Of a stretch of DNA of 64,000 nt, positions 1-11,685 are shown one piece after another. A model generated the notes under the pieces. The model ran no database searches and was not told the DNA's origin. It worked only from the letters and a program-made list of their open reading frames with translations. Both the position numbers and the translations under genes were made by a program. Origin of the DNA: Macrostomum lignano (lineage: Eukaryota); the NCBI GenBank assembly GCA_002269645.1, contig NIVC01000303.1, forward strand, positions 565,819 to 629,818. The letters are read 5' to 3'. Each line of letters begins with the position of its first letter. The stretch's first letter is position 1.

Positions 1-60
1 TCTTGCTTTCTAAAAAAGTACTGCTCCATCTATGTAGATAACTAAAGAAGATACACCGGG

Positions 61-762
61 AGAGTGAGAATGAAATACACAGGGGGAGGGTGAGATACAT
101 GGGGGGAGAGTGAGATACAAATGGGAGAGTGAGATACACAGAGGGATAGAGTGAGATACACAGGGGGACAGAGTGAGATACACAGGAGGGAGAGTGAGAT
201 ACACAGAAGGACAGAGTGAGATACACAGAGAGACAGAGTGAGATACACAGAGGGAGAGTGAGATACACAGGGGAGATACACAGAGGGACAGAGTGAGATA
301 CACAGGAGGAAGAGTGAGATACACAGGAGGAAGAGTGAGATACACAGGAGGGAGAGTGAGATACACAGGAGGGGGAGTGAGATACACAGGAGGAAGAGAG
401 AGATACACAGAGGGGGGGTGAGATACACAAATGGGAAAGTGAGATACACCATGCTTGGGCGCAACCTAGGGATTCACCCGGCCGTTTCTATTGGCAACAC
501 ACACACGTAAGTCGCTATTGGACAGAATAGTAGTCACGTGACTGCTCTCAGCCAATGGGGACTTACATGTGTGTGTTGCCAATAGAAACGGCCGAGTGAT
601 TCCCAAGGTTGCGCATGTATGAGATACACAGGGGAGAGTGAGATACATGGGGAGAGTGAGATACACAGGGGAGAGTGAGATACACGGGGAGAGTGAGATA
701 CACAGGGGAGAGTGAGATACACAGGGGAGAGTGAGATACACAGGGGAGAGTGAGATACACAA
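61..762. repeat. Minisatellite (~21-24 bp, GAGAGTGAGATACACAGGG...) in DDB1 intron 10, interrupted by a MITE
   Basis: Tandem degenerate units visible directly. Confidence 0.95.
450..621. mobile_element. 172-bp palindromic hAT-type MITE (copy A)
   Basis: 8-bp TSD AGATACAC (442-449, 622-629), CAT...ATG termini, long internal inverted repeat centred on GTCACGTGAC; second copy at 42246-42417. Confidence 0.85.
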
Positions 763-788
763 GGGTAGATAAAGCAGACACACCGCAC

Positions 789-1154
789 CTTTCTCGTGAG
801 TCCCTGAGCGACAGTCTCGAGTTTGTCGCGTCCCAAATCGAGCGCAGCTTCCAACAGATCGCCATCAATGAAATCCTTAGCCGGTTCGGTCCTGTGCTCA
901 GTCTCAAACGATCGATATTTGGCGTGCTCAACTCCGCCAACTCCGACTATAAGACTGGCTAGCCGGCGTTGCAATTCGTTGAGAAACTCAAACAGAGGCG
1001 GCGGTAGCTGACAGATGAGACCAACTGCGCCGCTTTGAGTAGCAAATAGAATTGGAGTGCTCACAGTGACCAGGCGTTCGCCTAATTGGCTCATTACTAA
1101 TGAGCCGTGTTGGAAAGTGTTAACTGTGTCGCCTAGGTGGTACCAGGCGTTCTC
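789..1154 (-). CDS. DDB1: DDB1 coding exon 10
   Basis: [21 protein letters not shown]...FIDGDLLE...GLTRK, donor GTGCGG. Confidence 0.94.
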
Positions 1155-4100
1155 CTGCGCGTGTGACGGGGTGCATTGCTTCTAAGAGATGATAATTGAT
1201 CGGTAGTGATCAGTTGTAAGAACTTTAGTGTTGCTTCAAAACAGCTACATAGCAGAGTAACACAAAGGATAGGTGAGAGTGACACACAAATTGATAAGGG
1301 TAGTGTAAGCAGAAAAGCCAGCGAAACACGCAGATCTAAGAGAGTGACCCACGAAAATCTAAGAGACATGCAGATCTAAGAAAGTGACCCATACATAAGA
1401 GACTGGTACACGTAAGTGAGTGATGCACACGGATCTAGAAGTGGCACACATAAGAGAGTGACGCACATAAGAGAGTGACACTCGCAGGTCTAAGGTAGTG
1501 ACACACATAAGAGAGTGACACACAGAGTGACACACACGGATCTAAGAGTGACAAACATAAGAGTGACGCACACGGATCCAAGAGTGACACGCATAAGAGA
1601 GTGACGCACACGGATCTAAGAGTGACACGCATAAGAGAGTGACGCACACGGATCTGAGAGTGACACGCATAAGAGAGTGACACAGAGTGACGCACAGGGA
1701 TCTAAGAGTGACACGCATAAGAGAGTGACGCACAGGGATCTAAGAGTGACACGCATAAGAGAGTGACGCACACGGATCTAAGAGTGACACGCATAAGAGA
1801 GTGATGCACACGGATCTGAGAGTGACACGCATAAGAGAGTGATGCACACGGATCTAAGAGTGACACGCATAAGAGAGTGATGCACACGGATCTGAGAGTG
1901 ACATGCATAAGAGAGTGACACAGAGTGACGCACACGGATCTAAGAGTGACACGCATAAGAGAGTGATGCTCACGGATCTAAGAGTGACACGCATAAGAGA
2001 GTGACGCACACGGATCCAAGAGTGACACGCATAAGAGAGTGACGCACACGGATCTGAGAGTGACATGCATAAGAGAGTGACACAGAGTGACGCACACGGA
2101 TCTAAGAGTGACACGCATAAGAGAGTGATGCTCACGGATCTGAGAGTGACACGCATAAGAGAGTGATGCTCACGGATCTGAGAGTGACACGCATAAGAGA
2201 GTGACGCACACGGATCTAAGAGTGACACGCATAAGAGAGTGACGCACACGGATCTAAGAGTGACACGCATAAGAGAGTGATCCACACGGATCTGAGAGTG
2301 ACACGCATAAGAGAGTGATGCACACGGATCTAAGAGTGACACGCATAAGAGAGTGATGCTCACGGATCTAAGAGTGACACGCATAAGAGAGTGATGCACA
2401 CGGATCTGAGAGTGACACGCATAAGAGAGTGACGCACACGGATCTAAGAGTGACACGCATAAGAGAGTGACGCACACGGATCTGAGAGTGACATGCATAA
2501 GAGAGTGACACAGAGTGACGCACACGGATCTAAGAGTGACACGCATAAGAGAGTGATGCTCACGGATCTGAGAGTGACACGCATAAGAGAGTGACGCACA
2601 CGGATCTGAGAGTGACACGCATAAGAGAGTGATGCACACGGATCTAAGAGTGACACGCATAAGAGAGTGATGCACACGGATCTAAGAGTGACACGCATAA
2701 GAGAGTGATGCACACGGATCTAAGAGTGACACGCATAAGAGAGTGATGCTCACGGATCTAAGAGTGACACGCATAAGAGAGTGATGCACACGGATCTGAG
2801 AGTGACACGCATAAGAGAGTGACGCACACGGATCTAAGAGTGACACGCATAAGAGAGTGACGCACACGGATCTGAGAGTGACATGCATAAGAGAGTGACA
2901 CAGAGTGACGCACACGGATCTAAGAGTGACACGCATAAGAGAGTGATGCTCACGGATCTGAGAGTGACACGCATAAGAGAGTGACGCACACGGATCTGAG
3001 AGTGACACGCATAAGAGAGTGATGCACACGGATCTAAGAGTGACACGCATAAGAGAGTGATGCACACGGATCTAAGAGTGACACGCATAAGAGAGTGATG
3101 CACACGGATCTGAGAGTGACACGCATAAGAGAGTGACGCGCACGGATCTAAGAGTGACACGCATAAGAGAGTGATGCACACGGATCTGAGAGTGACACGC
3201 ATAAGAGAGTGACGCACACGGATCTAAGAGTGACACACACAAGAGAGTGACACAAACCTGCAGCCTTGGCCTCTCCTCCCCGCCAGAATTCTCCGACTCT
3301 CTTGAGCACACAAACAGATTGCCGCAATTCTCTGCACCCAGAAACGCATCATCGTCGATAATTTCAATGGCTAACATCCAGTTAGGCGCGTGATCTCTGA
3401 CGATCTCTTCCAGACTGGTTTCAACCGGCTTGTACAGCAGCAGGGACATGCTGCGTAGCAGGTCGCCAACCAGAGCGAAGTCGCCTTTAGTTTTGAGGTA
3501 CAAAGCGATGATGTTGTTAAAGTGGGAACATTCCAATCGGAGTTCCCGTTCGTTTTCGCTCCATTCGAATAGGCGGACGGAGCTGTTAACGCAGACCAGA
3601 AGGCGCTGGTTGAAGCAGCACATTGAGTAGGGCGCGCCTCGGATCTCCTTCTCAGCTACCTGGCAGGCGGGAAATTGGGGAGCTACTAGTGAGCTACAGC
3701 TGGCAATGATGGGGAATCTTTGCTTCAGAAAGAAGATTCTCTCAAATGGGGAATCCCAGCTTGGGGGAGATTCTATCAGATTAGGGAAATCCCAGCTTGG
3801 GGGAGATTCTATCAGATGAAGAAAATCCCAGCTTAGGGGAGATTCTATCAGATGGGAAAATCCCAGCTTGAGGGGGAGATTCTATCAGATGAGGGAAATC
3901 CCAGCTTGAGGGGGATTCTATCAGATGAGGGAAATCCCAGCTTGCGGGAGATTCTATCAGATGAGGGAAATCCCAGCTTGTGGGAGATTCTATCAGATGA
4001 GGGAAATCCCAGCTTGTGGGAGATTCTATCAGATGAGGGAAATCCCAGCTTGTGGAAGATTCTATCAGATGAGGGAAATCCCAGCTTGAGGGGGAGATTC

Positions 4101-7100
4101 TATCAGATGAGGGAAATCCCAGCTTGAAGGGGAGATTCTCTCAAATAGGGAAATCTGGAAAAATACGCTCGTAGTACACAAAAAGTTTAGGTAAATAGCA
4201 GAATCATTACCTTAGTAAGATAAGGACTATCCGCGGTATACTGCAGCATTAGCAACCTCCCAGCAGACGGTTCAGACTCATTAGGCCGTATATAGCAGGT
4301 GCCAACTACGAAATAGGTGGCGCAATCGGTGCCAAACTGGCCAGAGGTGATACTAGTGGCAGTCTCAACGCAGCTCGGATTCGATGGAAACTGCATCGAG
4401 CAGAGCGGTTGCAAAGAATTCTGTTCTAGCACTACTACAGAGGTCACTTCGAGTTCTTCATCAACTTCGGCTGATGAGGCTGCGGCGACGGCGGCAGCAG
4501 CGGCGGCGGAAGCTACGGTGGCAGCGGCGCCGACCATCCCGGATGCGTGCGCATGATGCCGCTTGCCGGCAGCTGTGGCGGCTCCATCCGGGGTGAGCTG
4601 GATCGGGGCAGTGACAGAGACAGAGGTTCTGGCCGGAGCGTAGCCGCCTTCGTGGCGCAGATCAACCCGGGAGGTCACCACGGCAAGGGTGCCGGACTCG
4701 GGTTGGTGAGCCACTTTTCTAGCGGATTCGCCTAGCGGTACAGTGCGAATGTGCAGCTTCTGCATGTCGTCTATGGTGCCGAATAGTAACTGGCTGTTGG
4801 TTACTAGGCAGATGCACTGTTGCGGCTGCTGGGCATCGATAGATGCTGCTGATAGTAGTATAGGGCACACGTAATTCACTTGGCGGGTGTTCACGTGGGA
4901 GATTACCTGGTTGAAGGATTTGATCATTTCTGTTTTTTATGATAGGGATATACTCAGGTGAGTAATAGGGATATACTCAGGTGAGTGATTAGGATATACT
5001 CAGGTGGGTGATAGGGATAGACTCAGGTGAGTGATAGGGATAGACTCAGGTGAGTGATAGGGATAGACTCAGGTGAGTGATAGGGATAGACTCAGGTGAG
5101 TGATAGGGATATACTCAGGTGAGTGATAGGGATAGACTCAGGTGAGTGATAGGGATAGACTCAGGTGAGTGATAGGGATAGACTCAGGTGGGTGATAGGG
5201 ATATACTCAGGTGAGTGATAGGGATATACTCAGGTGAGTGATAGGGATATACTCAGGTGAGTGATAGGGATAGACTCAGGTGAGTGATAGGGATATACTC
5301 AGGTGGGTGATAGGGATAGACTCAGGTGAGTGATAGGGATAGACTCAGGTGAGTGATAGGGATAGACTCAGGTGGGTGATAGGGATATACTCAGGTGAGT
5401 GATAGGGATATACTCAGGTGAGTGATAGGGATAGACTCAGGTGAGTGATAGGGATATACTAGGTGATGAGTGGGGATACCCTCAAGTGATGGGTGAGAAT
5501 ATTTTCAGCTGAGAAGTGGAAACATTCACAGATGATGGGTGGGGATAGGGGATATACTCAGGTGATGGGTGGGGATAAATAGTAAAAACTCACCAGCTTC
5601 CCCGAAACGCAATGAGCAATGGCTGGTCTGTCAGTGCAGACAAACAAACTCTGAGAAGGCAGCCAGCACAATCCCATAGGTTGAGTACCAATAATCACGT
5701 GCTTCCTATTAACCAGAGCGGGCCCGGGTACAACGGTAAAGTACACCATTGTGCCGTCCCCGATGCCAACGAATAGATAAACACCGCAGGGCATTGTGGC
5801 CAGGACTATGGAGCGCGGAATGATCTGCAACAGAGATTGGAGTGGAATGAATAGAGATAAATCTAATAGGTCAACATGACACACCTGCATATAGATCTAA
5901 TGGGTCAACATACTGCATAGATCTAATGGGTCATCATACTGCAGATAGATCTAATGGATCAACATACTGCAGATGGATCTAATGGGTCATCATACTGCAG
6001 ATGGATCTAATGGGTCAACATACTGCAGATAGATCTAATGGGTCAACATACTGCAGATAGATCTAATGGGTCATCATACTGCAGATGGATCTAATGGGTC
6101 ATCATACTGCAGATAGATCTAATGGGTCATCATACTGCAGATAGATCTAATGGGTCAACATACTACAGATAGATCTAATGGGTCATCATACTGCAGATAG
6201 ATCTAATGGGTCAACATACTGCAGATAGATCTAATGGGTCATCATACTGCATAGATCTAATGGGTCATCATACTACAGATAGATCTAATGGGTCATCATA
6301 CTGCAGATAGATCTAATGGGTCAACATACTGCAGATAAATCTAAGCAGGTCAAAAACACAAACCTGAACGCCAAGCGGTTCCACGCAGACCTCCTCAAGA
6401 TTTCTCAGCCGCAGCAGTCGCACAGAGATCTCAACCCACAGGCCAACAGCCACAATACCGCCACCATCATCAAATCCGTCTGGCAATGGCGTGGCATCGA
6501 TGCAGGCCACTTCGTTTGGCAGCTCGCGCTCGGCTAGCACAGTCAAAGTGCCTTCGCCAATCGCTAGACAGGTGAGCTGTCGGCCAATAGCTATTAGCAG
6601 GTGACGCTGTCCGGCTCCGCAAACGGACACTGTCCGACCAGATGGTGGCAGCCATTCAGCTAATCGACGCTTGCCAGTGGAATCCAATAGGCGAGCGGAC
6701 TGCGGCGTGACCTGAGATTTTAAAGAAATTTAATTTTGGTTAATTTATTCATAATGCGCTACTAATAAAATATTTAATAAGTAGTGTAGTGTGGAAATAA
6801 ACTGCAAAAATATTTGAAAATTCTATACTTGCTACTTAAACAAAGGTAAGTAGTACAGTAAAGGACAGAGATAAAATTTGCGAAGTTCTATTTTGTGTAT
6901 GAGACTACTAAGGGATTCCGTATGTGTTGATTTTGGAGGTGGGGTGGGTGTCAACCCTCCTCGCCTCTCATTGGCTGGCGCCCCGATCACTAGGTGATCG
7001 ATACCCGTATCGATATCGGCGCTCGGCGCGCGCGCGCCGCAGGCGCGTGGCGCCAAGCGCCGTCCAGCCGCAGGCGACCCTCCCGAGCCACCGGCGACCC

Positions 7101-10100
7101 TCCCCAGCCGCAGGCGCACCTACCGATATTAGATCCCAATAAATCAATCAGATCCCAAATCAATCAGATCCCAAATCAATCAGATCCCAAGCGCACCCTC
7201 CCGAGCCGCAGGCGCCCATGCAGCAGGCGCCCCTCCCCGCCGCACGCGCCCTCCCCCGACATGTATGCCGCAGGCGCCCTCCCCGTCTCAGGCGCCCCTC
7301 CCGATATGTATGCGCACTCTCCCTATATGTACACCGATATGTATGCAGCAGGCGCCCGAGTGTACACTCCCCCGATATGTGTGTACACCGATATGTAGTC
7401 ATCGATACGGGCCTCTTCCCCTCTCTCACCTACATCTCAACTAGCGAAATCGAACCCAGGTCGCGCCCATACTAGGACACTACACGGTTGTGGGGTATAG
7501 GGAGCGAGAAGTTTCAACCCTAACGCTGACGCAGCCCTGTACAGTGAGAGTGTACGGGCAGAGAGGGGTGGCGCGGACAGAGAACCAGCCACTAGGTTGT
7601 TATACTGTTGAAGCATAGGGAGCGAGAAGTTTTAACCCCGATGCTGACGCAGCCCTGTACACTGAGCGTGTACGGGCAGAGGGTGGGTGGAAAGAGATGT
7701 GAATAACACAGCCTGCTGCAGGAGCCGGATAGAGAGGCGCATGCTAGGACAGAGAGGTAGTGTGAGTCACACACACCCCACAGAGAAAGCCATACAGAGG
7801 ATAGAGAGCTCCCTCCCCAGTTGCAGGGGACAGAGAGGCAGGCAGGGTATGCAGGGGCATGCGAACCGTCAAGGGGCCACGCGAGGATAGAGTGGAGGAG
7901 CAGAGATGTGTTTGGACAGAGAGCCAGCCACGTGTGCGTAGTGTGAGGGAACAGAAACATATGGAGCAGGAGGGAGATAGGAAGCAAACGCGCAGGGTAA
8001 GGGAGCCACACAGGGCGGTACAGTGAGACACGGGCAGGGGTGGAGCCGTGCGTGGACAGAGCTGAACGGCACGGTCAGCTGCAGGAATAGGATGATAGAG
8101 AGGCGCGGAGGGGGACAGAGAGCAGTGTGCAGGGGTAGGCAGCCACGCAGGCTGGGGAACAGAGAGGCGCGTGTCAGCCAGTTGCAGCCCGGGACAGAGA
8201 AGTATGAAGGGGGGCCTGGGACAGAGTTCCGAGCAAGGCACAGAGGTAGGGTCCTGTAGCTATGTATAGGCAGGGAGCCACGCGAGGGCAGGACAGGGGA
8301 GCAGACATGCAAGTTGCATGCAAGGCCAGAGAGGTGTGCGCGGAGGGAGACAGAGAGCAGTGTGTAGGGGTAGGTAACAGCAAACTTTAGTAGCGGCGCG
8401 TGCGGGGACGGAGAAACCAGTCAGAGCATACAGAGACGTTACAGAGAGGTACACAAGCAGAGACCAAAGCGAGCAGAGCACATGTGTAGGGACAGAGACG
8501 TGAGGGAGAATCGACCAAAACACGCTATGTATTTTCAAAAGTTGGTTTTAGTGCAACATGTTTAATAGTGGGTAGTATAATAGTATGTACATAGTAGGTA
8601 TAATAGTAGTAATAATAGTAAGCATATTAGCCCAAAAGGTAGACTAAAACAGGCTAAACTGTGTGTACGCATCCTCATCACCCCACAAGCCCCCTCTCCC
8701 GCCAGACTCACTCTACCAAACCCTCCTGTATTGCTGCATGAAGGAAAATATAGTGTAAAAATACAGATCTTAACCGTCAGACCGCTGAAATCAGGGCACA
8801 CTAGAGGGGGTTTCGGGGTCTGCATGCTCTATGTAAGCTGCTTGAGGAGGTTCCAAGGGCGTTGTGAGGGTTTCCATTATGTTTTGAAAAAAACTAGAGG
8901 CTTAAATACAACGTTTTATTCAAAAGTAGGTTATTTTAATGAAATAGCTGACACAATCATTGTCGAGAGTAGAAATTTTTATAAGAAACCAGGCATTTTA
9001 GCAAAAATAAACCTTCAAACCACATAAAATTGAATAAAAAGCAGACATTTTCAATTATAAACCGCAAGTATTTTAATAGAAAAGTAAGCAAACAAGGCAC
9101 AAAACCAGCAAATTTTACCTTTTTATTTTAATGTTACTGATAAGGTAGAGAGTAGAAACTTGTGAGCTGTACGGAGTTAGAAAGTATTAACCATTATGTA
9201 TCGTATGAATTATTAGTTCAGTACCAGCCATTGGTCAAGCGAGCATTTATGAAGTTATTACGAGTGATGAAGGGATAGAGAGCTATATACAGGAAGACAG
9301 TATCCTTCTAAACCACCACGAACAGATTGCTAATAGAGATAAGCTTTGTCTGTGTGCAGTATGAGTAAGCGAAGGCGGGGCAAATACTTTTCCACATGCC
9401 GGACAGAACAGTATTGTGCTAGGATTTCTCTCGAAATCGCGGTACGTTACTAGTTTTTATCACACCATCCAGATGCGTCAACTAGTCAGCAGTAGTCATT
9501 TATATGTTATTAGAACTTACAAACCCAGGTCAAGTAAATATTACAAAGAGTATATTACGTACACACACCAACTCCGAATACCAAGCCATACTAGTCTACT
9601 TGCAGTGCTCCTGGAGGGAAGGGACGGCGGGGTGTACATCCGGCAGGGTGGGCGTCCAGCGAGTGTACATCTGACAGGATGGGTGTTCAGCAAGTGTACA
9701 TCTGACAGGGTGGGCGTTCAGCAAGTGTACCTTCAGCGTCGAGTAGGTGTACACCCGTCAGTGGGAACTCAGCCCCTCCCACCAATGTCGTGTGCATGCG
9801 GTTAGTCAGTATAGTGGTGGGGTAGACGGTGCAGGAAGGAAACCCAGATGCTGACGCTGCCCTGTACAGCGAGCAACCAGCCCTCCTGTAGCAGGAGGGG
9901 GACAGAGAGTGCGTGGAGGCAGTAGGAGATAGAGGACGCTACCCGGCATGTCGCAGCACGCGGCGCGGGACAGAGAGGCAGTGTGTAAGTCACCCCCACA
10001 GGGAGAGCTGCCCTGGCAGGAGGCGCGGGACAGAGAGGCGGTGAATCACACCCCACGGAGAGAGCCGTACAGCGAGCTTCCCCACCCGAGTCCGGTAAAT

Positions 10101-11508
10101 ATTACAGAGTATTACGTGCACACGCCAGCCCTGAATACCAAGCCATACTAGTCTACCTGCAGTGCTCCCAGAGGGAAGGGATGGTCAGGAGTTACACACC
10201 AAGAATGCATTCATACAAAGAGTACACAACTCGAGCCCAGACACCAAGTCACAGTCTACTTACAGTAGAGATGGTAGATTAATAGCAAGATTATATTACA
10301 ATTAGACCTCCCTAGCACATGAGGAGTGAAATTCAATAATAATTGAATTCAATAATAATACAACATTTAGACGTAGTAATTTAATTACAAAATACCACTA
10401 ACACTGAGCCAACGAATTGTAGGTTACAAAGGAGTTGCCACTCATATGGAAAGCCAGTATAATGCAGGTGTATATTATTAAAACATAGACAAAAACGATG
10501 CAGACGTATATACACACTATTGATTTTGTACATGTACATTTCGGCATATTACCACACATCGCAGGCACATATTATATATCGGGGGATAGGTTAAAATACA
10601 CACATCGTAGATGTAGAAGCAGACACAATGCAGGAAAATTATGATACGAGTGTACATATTAGTGCGTAAAAGTATCATATTATGACACCCTGTAGCACAT
10701 ATTGACATAATGCAGGGGAAAATATTGACAGAAATAGTACACAATTGTAGAGGTAACAACCCGCCAACTAGTAAGGACATCCAGCACTTGTTCAGGTTTT
10801 TATTATTTCGAGACGAGTGTCATGCCCCCGCAAGAGATCTTATCAGAAATTTGTTGAACTCCACTGCAACTCTCCCCAGAGCCTCCAAATGTGAGTTTTT
10901 AACCCAGGGTCGAGTACAAAGGACCCGCCCACTCTTAACCCCAAGGGGTGATCGTAGCGGAGACCAAGTACAGTGCGGACGGAGAGGGGTAACAGAAAGC
11001 GCTGCATCAGACCGCAGGGCTGCATTCCTCCCCGAGGTAGGCGCGTCAGCTCCCACTCCTCATTTAACCATCAAGTAAACTAAAGAAGTCAAGCAGAAAG
11101 CCTTACAATCACCCGCAACCAGCACAAGTAAGAGTACTTTCCACTAGAGAGCCATAGTGCAAGATTCGCGAGCCAAGTTGAAGAAGCACACCAAATTACA
11201 CTAAAGACATATGTATTAAAAAGCATACCGGCACCTCTACAAAAACACAGTATGTACCGATTAAAGTTGCTTTTGGTGCAGTGTATTTAATAAAAAGCAG
11301 GTACCTAACACAAAAGTAGGCATCAATGCAGTGCACGGACTAAACTGTATTTACAAACGCAGGGCAACGAACTACACACAATGTAGCGCATAGACATAAT
11401 TGTACGCATAAATGTACGCAATTTCCGGTATATAGGACCACATGTACGCAAATGTACACAATGTACACAAACAAACACACACACACACAAACACACACAC
11501 ACAACACA

Positions 11509-11543
<35 letters not shown>

Positions 11544-11634
11544 CCTCAGGCGTATTCACAGCAAGAGCTTCCTGCCGATGGCGCCATCGCCTGCGGCGAT
11601 CGGCGCTGCAGGATGCGCTCTGCGGGATGCGCCT

Positions 11635-11685
<51 letters not shown>

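Noticed and set aside
6832-10151. Many 60-165 aa ORFs in the palindrome arms as Maverick core genes
   Set aside because: No pPolB, integrase, ATPase, protease or capsid motifs; composition reflects GA- or CT-rich low complexity.
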